The translations under genes and the position numbers were made by a program. Under the pieces are notes generated by a model that saw nothing but the letters and a program-made list of their open reading frames with translations, did not search any database and had not been told where the DNA came from. Below are positions 10,424 to 22,426 of a DNA stretch of 64,000 nucleotides, one piece after another. The number at the start of each line of letters is the position of its first letter. Within the stretch, counting starts at the first letter, position 1. Origin of the DNA: an uncultured Verrucomicrobiae bacterium (GTDB lineage Bacteria > Verrucomicrobiota > Verrucomicrobiia > Limisphaerales > Palsa-1400); NCBI GenBank assembly GCA_963707025.1, contig CAVPOM010000011.1, positions 32,001-96,000 on the forward strand, given 5' to 3'.

Positions 10424-11469
10424 AACGCCTCCAACAAAGGGTAAGTCTCGAATCGCTCCATCAGATGCCGCGAGGCCAGCGGGCGCCAATCCTCCCGGTA
10501 AGGGTCCGGCGCCGGTTCCCGTTGCACCGCCGCCAGGGTTTCCTCCAACAATTGCGCCGCCTCCAGGCGCAGACGCCGGGTCGCCGGCTCGTCCGCCCAG
10601 CCATGCCGCCATAAATGCTCCTCCGCCACCTGCAGACAATCGCGCCCCAGCGGTGAGGCCTTCAACTCCGCGCTAATATAGTGGGCGTCATCATGCTCCC
10701 CGTGGCCGCAGAGGCGCAGCAATTGGGCCACCACCATTTGCGGCCCGCGCCCCTGCCGTGCCCGGGCCACCGCCTGGCCCACCGTTTGCAAACAGGCCCG
10801 CAAATCCGTCCCGTCCACCTCCTGGCAGGGGACGCCGTAACCGGCGGCCTTGTCCGCCAAATTGGCGCAGGCAAACTGGCGGTGGTTGGGCGTGGAATAG
10901 GCAAATTGATTGTTGGCCACCACCAGCACCAGCGGCAACTTTTCCACCGCCGCCTGGTTGCAGCCCCTCATGAAAGGAGCCGGTGGACGTGCCGCCATCC
11001 CCGAGGCAGGCCGCGCCCACATGGCCGGACATTTTCTTAAAGCGCTTGGCCATCAACACGCCGTTCACCACCGAAATCATCGCCCCCAAATGACTGATCA
11101 TGGGCAGGACTCCGTGGCGGGGACTGCCCCGATGCACGTTGCCATCCCGGGCGCGCATCGGGCCAGAGGCGACCCCAGATAAGTGCGCACCGCGTCCAGC
11201 AGGGGTTCGCCGAAAGCCAGCCAGGCCCCGTCGCGAATGAGCGGGGCAAAAACGTCCCCTTTCTTCAGCGCCAGACCCATGGCGACGCTCAAGGCCTCCT
11301 GGCCCCGGCCCAGAAAGACGCCGCCTTGAATTTTGCCCCCGCGATACAGGCTCGCCATCTTGTCATCCATCAGCCGGGCCAGGAGCATAAACCGAAACCC
11401 CTGCAAAAACTGATCGCGGAAAGACGTGGCAGCGGCCAGCGCATCCTGGCTTTCCAAAGTCTGCAACAT
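10420..11469 (-). CDS. 2-oxoacid dehydrogenase E1 alpha subunit (apparent frameshifts near 11160 and 10970)
   Basis: GRGQEA, TPP motif GDGGTSTGSFHEG...NNQFAYS, RLCGHGEHDD spread over three frames. Confidence 0.85.
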
Positions 11470-11595
11470 GCCGGTGATTTTTGCAGGCTTTGCCCTTTCG
11501 CGCAATCTTCTTTCATCGCCGGACAAGATCGCCGCCCGCTTTCCCGATGATGGCCAGACGGGCGCTTCGTGCGCGCCGGAGATCAATTTCGATTC

Positions 11596-11671
11596 GGCAG
11601 GGCGAGACTCTGTCGAGCCGAAACTCGATTTCATTGGGAAAAGTCACGGCTTGACAGAGTCTCGCCCTACC
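11596..11671. repeat. ~76-bp palindromic REP-like element, second copy at 46670..46745
   Basis: GGCAGGGCGAGACTCTGTCGAGCCG...CGGCTTGACAGAGTCTCGCCCTACC. Confidence 0.8.
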
Positions 11672-11785
11672 CCGCCCACCCGAGGCTCTGCCTTGGTTTG
11701 CATTTGAAAAAAACCCTTCGCGTTCCTCCGCTCCCGGCCTATCTTGTCCTCCGGGAAATCGCCTTTATCTATGCGCCCCTGAATT

Positions 11786-13759
11786 ATGACGCCAAAATCA
11801 TTCGCGGAGCTGGGCCTTTCGGAAGAATTGCTCAAAGCCATCCATAAACTGGGCTTCGAGCAAGCCGCCCCCATCCAGGCCGCGGCCATCCCGCCGCTCC
11901 TGGCGGGCAAGGACGTCGTCGGCCAGTCCCAAACCGGCTCCGGCAAAACCGCCGCCTTTGCCGCGCCGGCCATTGAAAAAGTGGATGTCTCCCGGCGCGA
12001 CACGCAGATTCTGATCCTTTGCCCGACGCGCGAACTGGCCATGCAGGTTTCCGAAGAGGTCCACAAACTGGCCCTCTTCAAACGCGGCCTCCACGCCCTG
12101 CCCATTTACGGCGGCCAATCCTACGACCGCCAGCTCTTCGGCCTGCGCCAGGGCGCGCACATCGTCATCGGCACGCCGGGCCGCGTCCTGGATCACATGC
12201 GGCGCGGCACCCTCCAGCTTGCCGCCGTCAAAATGGCCATCCTGGACGAAGTGGACGTGATGCTCAACATGGGTTTCCGCGACGACATCGAGCTTATCCT
12301 CCAGGCCACCCCCAAGACGCGCCAGACCGTTTTCTTCTCCGCCACCATCCCGCGGCCCATCCAGCAACTGATCGAAAAATACGCGCGCGACCCGCAGCAG
12401 GTGCGCATCGAACAAAAAGCCCTCACCGTCCCGACGGTCGAACAGGTTTATTACGAAGTGGACCGCCGCTACAAGATAGATTTGCTCATGCGGCTGATTG
12501 ACCTGCACGACCTCAAGCTGGGCATCATTTTTTGCAACACCAAACGCATGGTGGACGACCTGGTGGACCACCTCAACGCCCAGGGTTATTCCGCCGACCG
12601 CCTGCACGGCGACATGACCCAGATGATGCGCGACCGGGTGATGAACAGATTCCGCAAATCCGGCCTGGAATTCCTCGTCGCCACCGACGTGGCCGCCCGC
12701 GGCATTGACGTGGACGACGTGGAGGTCGTCTTCAACTACGATCTGCCTTACGACGGGGAGGATTACGTCCATCGCATCGGGCGCACCGGGCGCAAAGGCC
12801 GCAGCGGGCGGGCCATCTCCTTCGCCTCCGGGCGCGAGGTTTTCGCCATCCGCAACATCGAGCGCTACACCAACGTGCGCATCCAGCGCGCCCAGCCGCC
12901 CAGCGCCGGCGCGGTGGAGGAGGCGCGGGCCAGCGTTTTTATTGACAAGCTGCGCGCCACCCTCAAAGGCGGCGAATTCAAGCGCCACGATCAACTCATC
13001 GAAGGGTTGCTCGAAGAAGGCTTTGCCTCCACCGACATCATCTCCGCCCTCATCAACCAACTGCAAGGCGGCGAGGCCCTCCCCGCCAAACCCGCGCCGC
13101 GCCCGGTCGAACCGCCGCGTCCGGACCGCCCCCCCGTTCCTGTAGCGGCGGTCTATGACCGCCGCACGACTCCGCCCCAACCCCGGTTTCGAAGCAGCCA
13201 CCCGGCGGTGACTCATCGTCCGGTCAACCCGTCTCCAACCGCTCCCATATCGGTTGCAAAACCCGCGTCCAAACCGGTGTTGCCCGTCCCCAATCCGCAA
13301 TCCGCAATCCGCAATCCGCAATCCATGGTTGCCGCCGCCATCGAGACTCACAGGCCGCCTGCGCCTCGTGCCGCATCCGAACCGGCGGTGGAAGTCGAAG
13401 TTCCAAAACCCGCCTCCAAACCGGTCGTCCAAGTCCCCAATCCGCCATCCGTGGTTGCGGCGGAAATCCGCCAGCCCGTCGAACCCCAGCCTGCTTTCAA
13501 GCCGAAAACCAAGCGCGTGAGCCAACCCTTTCAAACCCGCCTGTGGATGAACGTCGGCGCAGAAAACGGCGTGGCCCCCATTGACGTTGTCAACACTATC
13601 GCGGGTGAAACCGGCCTGCCCGGCCACGTCGTCGGCACGGTGGACATCCGCGGGCGGCATCTCTTCGTGGACGTCGCCGCCGAGCACGCCAACGCCATCA
13701 TCGCCAGGCTGAAGCGCACCCAGATCAAAGGCCACAAACTCAAAGTCAAGGCGGCGTAA
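11786..13759 (+). CDS. deaD: DEAD-box RNA helicase, DeaD/CsdA-like, with C-terminal DbpA RNA-binding domain
   Basis: Q motif, SQTGSGKT, PTRELA, DEVD, SAT, HRIGRTGR; long Pro-rich linker. Confidence 0.9.
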   Translation: MTPKSFAELGLSEELLKAIHKLGFEQAAPIQAAAIPPLLAGKDVVGQSQTGSGKTAAFAAPAIEKVDVSRRDTQILILCPTRELAMQVSEEVHKLALFKRGLHALPIYGGQSYDRQLFGLRQGAHIVIGTPGRVLDHMRRGTLQLAAVKMAILDEVDVMLNMGFRDDIELILQATPKTRQTVFFSATIPRPIQQLIEKYARDPQQVRIEQKALTVPTVEQVYYEVDRRYKIDLLMRLIDLHDLKLGIIFCNTKRMVDDLVDHLNAQGYSADRLHGDMTQMMRDRVMNRFRKSGLEFLVATDVAARGIDVDDVEVVFNYDLPYDGEDYVHRIGRTGRKGRSGRAISFASGREVFAIRNIERYTNVRIQRAQPPSAGAVEEARASVFIDKLRATLKGGEFKRHDQLIEGLLEEGFASTDIISALINQLQGGEALPAKPAPRPVEPPRPDRPPVPVAAVYDRRTTPPQPRFRSSHPAVTHRPVNPSPTAPISVAKPASKPVLPVPNPQSAIRNPQSMVAAAIETHRPPAPRAASEPAVEVEVPKPASKPVVQVPNPPSVVAAEIRQPVEPQPAFKPKTKRVSQPFQTRLWMNVGAENGVAPIDVVNTIAGETGLPGHVVGTVDIRGRHLFVDVAAEHANAIIARLKRTQIKGHKLKVKAA

Positions 13760-13772
13760 TGGATAAAATCAT

Positions 13773-13795
13773 GTAGCGGCGGTCTATGACCGCCG
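13773..13795 (+). repeat. GTAG-type REP (copies at 2183..2205 minus, 13142..13164, degenerate 31914..31936)
   Basis: GTAGCGGCGGTCTATGACCGCCG: GTAG followed by a short palindrome. Confidence 0.75.
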
Positions 13796-13829
13796 TTCAA
13801 TCGCACAAGACCAACCCCAAAAAGCCGCC

Positions 13830-16148
13830 ATGAACAGCGAAACCCCGCCCCCGCCCGTCGAGCGTTTGTTTCCCCTCGTGCTGAGATCGCGCCTTTTGCT
13901 GGTCGGCCGCGAGACCATCCGGCGCAGCAAGAGCCAGCTCCATTTCGTGCTCATCACCCGCGACATCTCGGAGAACAGCCGCGCCGAAATGCTCAAGACC
14001 TTCCTGCACTACCCGGTGGTGCAGCATTACACTGCGGCGGACCTGGAGGAACATTTCGCCCTCAAGGGAACCAAGGTGATCGGCTTCAAAAAGTCCGCCC
14101 TGGCCCAGACCATCTACGCCCAACTCAAGCCCCATCGCATCAACAAACCCTTCGTCAAACGTTGCGCCAGTGAAGTTGGTTGGAACGCGGGTGAAAGTCC
14201 CGTCCGTCGAATTAGGCTGTTCACGACGGAACACGACCTCAACAGCGCCGCCGCGAGGCGGGGTTGGAAGCTGAGGGAGATGAACAGACGGGCCGTAATG
14301 AAAATGAACCACATCCAATGAGCCTCGATAAGTTTAGAACCGGAGACAAGCCGAGCCGCTGTTTGACCGGCGAAGGCCGCAGGGAGGAGGCAGGGCAACA
14401 GTCAGAGCCTTCTCAACGCTCCGGCGGGGTCGGCGTGGACGGCACGTCTGGAAGTTCAACCAAGGTAAGCTGGGAGAACTCCGGCGGCGGGCGGCCAGCC
14501 CAACCGCCCGCGCAAGCTGGCAAGACCAGTCAGGCGAGCGGCCCTGCCGGAGAAGTCGGAGTTCCTCATAGTAGCGTGGACTTGTTTGCGCTCCAGGCGG
14601 ATTTCCGCCGGGAGTTGCGCGAGCGAACGCAAAGGGGGAACACTTGCTCAATGCGTGGAGGCGAAGCGAAGGATGCGGGGATGGCCGGGGCGACCCGGAT
14701 AGCAACCCCGGAGAAAGTTCGGCAGCTTCAAATCGCGCTCTATCGGAAAGCCAAAGCAGAGCCGAAGTATCGGTTCTGGAGCCTGTATGGGGAATTGCTG
14801 CGCAAGGACGTGCTCGAAACCGCCTTGGCAGCGCAACAGCGCAACGGCGGGGCCGCGGGAGTGGACGGACAGAGTATGGAGTCCATCACCGCCGACCCGG
14901 CCCTGCGCCAGCAATGGCTCGACCGCCTGCAAGCAGAACTCAAAGCCAAGACGTATCGGGCCAGCCCGGTGCGGCGGGTGATGATTCCCAAGAGCAGCGG
15001 AGGGGAACGGCCGTTGGGCATCCCGACGGTCAAGGACCGGGTGGTGCAAACGGCGGTGTATCTGGTGCTGATGCCGATCTTGGAGGCGGACTTTCATCCG
15101 CGCTCCTACGGCTTTCGGCCCAAACGCCGGGCACACCAAGCCATTGCGGAAATCCAACAAGCAGTGCAGCAAGGCTACGTGGAAATCATCGACGCGGACC
15201 TGACGAAATATTTCGACACGATTCCGCACCGGGAACTGATGAAGGCCGTGGCCCGGCGGGTCAGCGACGGCAGCGTGCTGCGGCTCCTCAAGAGCTGGCT
15301 GCGCGCCCCGGTCGCGGAGGAAGACCAGGACGGCACCAAGCGAGTGATCCCCAACCGGCGCGGCACGCCGCAAGGCGGGGTCATCTCGCCGCTGCTGGCC
15401 AACCTCTACCTCAACCCGCTGGATCACGGGGTGAACGAGAAAACCTCCGGCCAAGCCCGCATGGTGCGCTACGCCGATGACTTTGTCATCGCGTGCGCGG
15501 CGGGGTGCGGCGGAGGGCTGATAGCGCGGCTCAAGAAATGGCTTCGAGCCAAAGGGCTGACCCTCAACGAAGTCAAAACCCGAATTGTGAACATTCGCAA
15601 GGAAGGGATCAACTTCCTGGGCTTCAACCTGACCTGGCGCAAGTCCTTTGGAGGGCGCGGCTACCTGCACGTTCAACCCAGCCAGAAAAGCCGGGGGGCC
15701 CTGTGCGAGAAACTGGGCGGCATCCTCAACCACTGGACGCAGGGGCGTCCGATACAGGAGGTGGTCAAAGAGGTCAACCAAGTCTTGCGCGGATGGGCGG
15801 GCTACTTCCACTACGGCAACAGCGTCTCGGTGATGAACCGGATGAAACACTACAGCCAAAACCGCTTTCGGCGCTGGCTGTGGCGCAAACACGGTTGCCG
15901 CCGCAGCCTGTGGGAACACTACGTTCCCGAGCAGTTGCACCAGCGTTATGGACTCTATGAACTGCCGACCACGGCGAAGTGGAAGGCGGCCCGATGAATG
16001 AGTTCGGAGAGCCGAATATGGGAAATCCGTCCGTTCGGTTCGATGAGGGGCGAAGTGGCAGCGCGAGACTGACAACTGCGGTCAGTTCAATCCGCCTCCT
16101 TCCACTTCGCCTACTCTACCACCGCCAAACGCCGAAGAACCAAATTGA
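13830..16148 (+). CDS. L7Ae/L30e-like RNA-binding protein interrupted by a group II intron (exons 13830..14160 and 16120..16148)
   Basis: LLVGRETIRRS..FVLITRDISENS pattern; removing 14161..16119 gives ...KPFVKPPPNAEEPN*. Confidence 0.6.
14161..16119 (+). mobile_element. Group II intron, full length
   Basis: 5' (G)TTGCG; EBS1 GTTTGAC in a stem-loop at 14355..14371; domain V GAGCCGAATATGGGAAATCCGTCCGTTCGGTTC at ~16009; domain VI ending CTACTCTAC at 16119; RT ORF inside. Confidence 0.92.
14681..15997 (+). CDS. ltrA: Group II intron reverse transcriptase/maturase, no C-terminal HNH endonuclease
   Basis: AAGVDG, RPLGIPTVKDRVVQ, SYGFRP, GTPQGGVISPLLANLYL, RYADD, FLGF, GWAGYF. Confidence 0.95.
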   Translation: MAGATRIATPEKVRQLQIALYRKAKAEPKYRFWSLYGELLRKDVLETALAAQQRNGGAAGVDGQSMESITADPALRQQWLDRLQAELKAKTYRASPVRRVMIPKSSGGERPLGIPTVKDRVVQTAVYLVLMPILEADFHPRSYGFRPKRRAHQAIAEIQQAVQQGYVEIIDADLTKYFDTIPHRELMKAVARRVSDGSVLRLLKSWLRAPVAEEDQDGTKRVIPNRRGTPQGGVISPLLANLYLNPLDHGVNEKTSGQARMVRYADDFVIACAAGCGGGLIARLKKWLRAKGLTLNEVKTRIVNIRKEGINFLGFNLTWRKSFGGRGYLHVQPSQKSRGALCEKLGGILNHWTQGRPIQEVVKEVNQVLRGWAGYFHYGNSVSVMNRMKHYSQNRFRRWLWRKHGCRRSLWEHYVPEQLHQRYGLYELPTTAKWKAAR

Positions 16149-16152
16149 AGAA

Positions 16153-16224
16153 TTACGTTTTCACGAGCGGATTGCGGGTCTTGAGTTGTGGAAATTTGGA
16201 GAAATCCCGATCCGCCGTCCACAG
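16153..16224 (-). pseudogene. 3' remnant of a VapC/PIN toxin
   Basis: Minus strand reads LWTADRDFSKFPQLKTRNPLVKT*, a typical VapC C-terminus, preceded by stop codons. Confidence 0.6.
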
Positions 16225-16818
16225 TTATCAGCCAAGTGGCCTTTTCAATTCAACTTGTTTTTTAGATGAACAATTTGATTTTTTAAAAGATGCTTGGAAA
16301 AATCTTTTTTACCGAAATGCGTAAAGCCCACTGCTCCCCGGGGAGAAGGAACAGACATCGCCCGCCTCCGCTTGGGTGCGGGCGCGCCCGGCAAACCCCA
16401 GCCCTGGCCTTTGGCGACGGCGGCAGAGGTTTCACCCTCCCCTGGAGGAGAGGGCCGGGGTGAGGTCGGGCTTTTCCACTGACTTGGCTTTTTGTTTCGC
16501 CCTCCTCCTGACGTTTTCCTCCAGTCCTCGCCCGCGCCGAAAGGAAAGGGCGGGACCAGGCTGCTGTGGATGCCAAAAGTATATACGCCAGGTAGTTGTT
16601 CTCCCCGCACGACGGCTTTCGAGGAAGAATTATGTCCTGCACCCTCTTCCGCCTGAAACCACGCCGGCATCAATCGTAATCTGGATTTTACGCGGCGGCC
16701 CTTGGACGGGCGCGGCCCGGCGGCGCCGCGCGGGCTGGTCCGGGAAAAATATCGGGCCGAATCGTCCGGTCAGGATTTTGGAGACGCGCTTTTTTTGGCG
16801 TCCATGTCCGGAGGAACT

Positions 16819-17796
16819 CTATCGGTCCAGGAAGCGAAGGTTTTCCGCATTATGTCGCGCGCCTTGCACGGCCCCGGCCAGTTGCCGCAAGCTTTCTCTT
16901 TCATCGGGAGACAGATGAATGTTGGCGGCTTGCGCGTTTTCCTGGAGGTGGGCGCGGCTTTTCATGCCGGGGATGGGCACGATGTCGCCGCCTTGTTGCA
17001 GAAGCCAGGCCAGGGCAATCTGGGTGGGCCGCGCGTTTTGCCGCAAAGCGATCTCCTCCAGTTTCGCCGTCAAGGCCAGGTTTTTTTCCAGATGGCCGGC
17101 TTGGAATCGCGGCAGGTTCCTCCGGTAATCGCCGGGGGCCAGATCGCGCCGGCCTCTCAGGCCGCCGCCCAGCAGCCCGCGGCCCAACGGACTGAACGCC
17201 ACAAAACCAATGTTCAGTTTCCGGCAAACCGGCAGGAGGTCCTGTTCCACTTCGCGGGTCAGAACCGAGTATTCCGATTGCAGGGCTGTGATGGGATGGA
17301 CGGCGTGAGCCCGTCGCAGGGTTTCAGCCGAGGCCTCGGACAGGCCGAGGTGGCGGACTTTGCCTTCCTTGACCAACGCGGCCATGGCGGCCACCGATTC
17401 TTCGATGGGCACGCTCTGGTCCACCCGGTGCTGAAAATAGAGGTCTATGTAATCTGTTTTCAGGCGCTGGAGGCTGGCGTGGCAGGCTTCTTTTATATAA
17501 GACGCCCCGCCGCAAATCTCCAGCGCGCCGTCTTCGTTGCCCCGGAAACCGAACTTGGTGGCGATCACGGCTTGTCCGCGACGGCCTCGCAACGCCTGGC
17601 CCAGCAGGATTTCGTTCCGGCCGGCGCCGTAAATATCGGCGGTGTCGAAAAAATTGATGCCCAAGGCCAGGCCCTGGTGGACGGTGGCGATGGATTCCGC
17701 GCGGTCCGCCTTGCCATAGGCGCCGGACATCCCCCAGCATCCCAGGCCGATGGCGGGGACGGCCAGTCTGCGCGCGCCGAGGAATCTGGTTTCCAT
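16819..17796 (-). CDS. Aldo/keto reductase
   Basis: IGLGCWGMS, FFDTADIYG, IATKFG, IDLYFQHR, GLSE, QSEYS, PIPG. Confidence 0.92.
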   Translation of the reverse strand: METRFLGARRLAVPAIGLGCWGMSGAYGKADRAESIATVHQGLALGINFFDTADIYGAGRNEILLGQALRGRRGQAVIATKFGFRGNEDGALEICGGASYIKEACHASLQRLKTDYIDLYFQHRVDQSVPIEESVAAMAALVKEGKVRHLGLSEASAETLRRAHAVHPITALQSEYSVLTREVEQDLLPVCRKLNIGFVAFSPLGRGLLGGGLRGRRDLAPGDYRRNLPRFQAGHLEKNLALTAKLEEIALRQNARPTQIALAWLLQQGGDIVPIPGMKSRAHLQENAQAANIHLSPDERESLRQLAGAVQGARHNAENLRFLDR

Positions 17797-17887
17797 GTGC
17801 AGACACTCATTACCAGCTTTCGCCTGAATTCCATAGCACCAAGAACAATGCCCCGGTCCTGGGTGGCCGGGCGCCCACTCCGTCCCT

Positions 17888-18150
17888 GCCTGGGAACTGT
17901 CCAAAAAGTGAGATGCGCCTTTGCATCGCTCGATTGAGAATTGGTCATGGAAGATTTGTTATTGGTTATCGGAAGACCTTGGGCGGATTCCGATGACAAA
18001 TGACCAATTCTCAATGACCAGTTTGCAATTGTTTGCATCGCGGGCGCATCCGAGTTTTTGGCAGGGTCGCGGCGCTGCGCCGGCCTTGATCCCGATTCCG
18101 AATCGGGACGGCGGCCCCGCCTGGGAACCGTCCGAAAAGTGAGATGCGCC
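17888..18150. repeat. Intergenic repeat block: 32-bp direct repeats (17888..17919, 18119..18150) around a 16-bp inverted repeat (17933..17948 / 18000..18015)
   Basis: GCCTGGGAACYGTCCRAAAAGTGAGATGCGCC twice; ATTGAGAATTGGTCAT / ATGACCAATTCTCAAT. Confidence 0.75.
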
Positions 18151-18212
18151 CTTGGCAGATAAATTTTGCCAAAATCGCTTGATTTGCGGCCCGCGCCTCT
18201 TAACTTCGCCTA

Positions 18213-21117
<2,905 letters not shown>

Positions 21118-21121
<4 letters not shown>

Positions 21122-21417
21122 CTACAACCTTTCAGCCAACGGCCAAAGTTGATCGCTGGAAAATATTTCTTGTCATTTCTGTTGTCATTCACATTTCCGT
21201 CCTCATCGGCTGCCCAAACATCGTCGTGCCCCCAAGACTTTCCGAGCAGGTTTTCAAAATTGTGGCGACAGAGATCATTTTGGTGCTTCCGTTCGTCTGG
21301 AGTGTGTTTATGCTTTTCCGCTCTCGTTCCGTGGCGGAGCGGGCTGTCGGTTTTTTGTCACTTGCTGTTTCCTTGTATTGGTTGGCGGTGGCAATTTCGG
21401 AGGCGAGTTTGGCCTAA
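21118..21417 (+). CDS. Small hypothetical membrane protein (about 3 TM segments)
   Basis: ATG overlaps the gcvP stop; hydrophobic segments; lower GC. Confidence 0.5.
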
Positions 21418-21436
21418 TGAGGTCTGACCAGCACAA

Positions 21437-21600
21437 AAGACTTTTAACGAATTGCTCGAAAGCGTTCGTGAACCCAAAGCCATTATGCAAGGCAAAAGTA
21501 AGCCTGCGCGCGTCACCAGGCTTGAGCCTGAATCGCCGCGCCCCGCCAGGGTTTTGATCCAAATTGCCGCCGATCATCCCAGAATGATTCTGAACTCAGC
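21437..21600 (+). pseudogene. NadS/HigA-like antitoxin remnant with the HTH deleted
   Basis: FNELLESVRE..AIMQGKSKPARVT joined directly to PARVLIQIAADHP, the two ends of such antitoxins without the central HTH. Confidence 0.5.
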
Positions 21601-21627
21601 GGGTTGGCAGCCTTGCAAGCTGGTGAA

Positions 21628-22041
21628 CTACCTCCGCCCGCCCGCCGTATGCAGATCAATTGGCACGTATTTGGCGAATCGGTCAAAGTCCGTGTCCGTC
21701 GTGAAAATCCTCATCCGGTGGCGCACGGCCACCGCGCAAATAAGCAAATCGGTTGAGGTGCCTTGAACGCCCTCACTGCGGCAGATGTTGTAAAAGCTGG
21801 CGGCGGTTTCGTCATCCTCCTCATCCGTCAAAAGGTTGGGGTGGAATCGAAGATATTCCTTTAGTTGGTTGAAACGATCCTGCGGCTGCGCGCCCGACAG
21901 CAACTCCTGCCGAATAGGACCGAGCAACTGGATGACATCCGCGCGGAAAAGTTTGGCCACCTCCTTGCAGATCGGCTCATCGCCTGGCCGATCGCGCCGG
22001 AGGAATTGCGCCCAGACGCAGGTGTCTATGATGACTCTCAC
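21628..22041 (-). CDS. vapC: VapC PIN-domain toxin
   Basis: VIIDTCVW, ELLSG, DLLICAVA, IFTTDTDF. Confidence 0.88.
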   Translation of the reverse strand: MRVIIDTCVWAQFLRRDRPGDEPICKEVAKLFRADVIQLLGPIRQELLSGAQPQDRFNQLKEYLRFHPNLLTDEEDDETAASFYNICRSEGVQGTSTDLLICAVAVRHRMRIFTTDTDFDRFAKYVPIDLHTAGGRR

Positions 22042-22238
22042 TCTTTGGCCCGCATCCTTTTATAGTCCCATGCCGGATCAAAATCAATCTTGCCGGCAAG
22101 CTCCAGAATGTGCAGCCGGCGGTGGCGCTGAACGAATTCCTCCAGCGCCGCGTTAAGGGCTTGCTGTTTGGTCTTGAAATTGCCGAGCTTTACGGCTTGC
22201 TCGACCATCTTGTCATTCAACTTCACCTTTGTCGGCAT
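22038..22238 (-). CDS. vapB: VapB antitoxin
   Basis: 66 aa, FKTKQQALNAALEEFVQR..GKIDFD; overlaps the vapC start. Confidence 0.85.
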   Translation of the reverse strand: MPTKVKLNDKMVEQAVKLGNFKTKQQALNAALEEFVQRHRRLHILELAGKIDFDPAWDYKRMRAKE

Positions 22239-22326
22239 GAGTTAAGCCTAAGCCAAATTGCCTTGTCTTGTCAAATTCCGCTTGACCTCATCCCATGGTT
22301 TTTGGACCGAGATTCGTCCGTCACAA

Positions 22327-22375
22327 ATCGCAATTGCCACTCAGGAATTCGCAAGATATGAGAAGTCTGCCCAGG
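22327..22375 (+). repeat. 49-bp direct repeat, second copy at 24821..24869
   Basis: ATCGCAATTGCC..CAGGAATTCGCAAGATATGAG..CTGCCCAGG, 45/49 identical by eye. Confidence 0.85.
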
Positions 22376-22426
22376 GTGGACAATGTGTATGGCGACCGGA
22401 ACCTGGTCTGCGCCTGTCAAACATAA
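22371..22426 (+). pseudogene. Diverged duplicate of the gcvP 3' end (21066..21121)
   Basis: [17 protein letters not shown] versus [17 protein letters not shown], 49/56 nt identical. Confidence 0.9.

Noticed and set aside
11798..13735. Long antisense ORFs (e.g. 11798..13735, 24922..26232, 40463..42031, 49931..51961)
   Set aside because: Shadow ORFs of well-supported genes in high-GC DNA; no recognisable motifs.
14681..15997. RT as part of a retron, DGR or CRISPR-RT system
   Set aside because: It has maturase features and is flanked by group II intron domains V/VI and an EBS1-IBS1 match; no TR/VR pair or cas genes are present.
18020..18212. Glycine riboswitch upstream of gcvP
   Set aside because: No recognisable aptamer motifs; the region is occupied by repeat elements.
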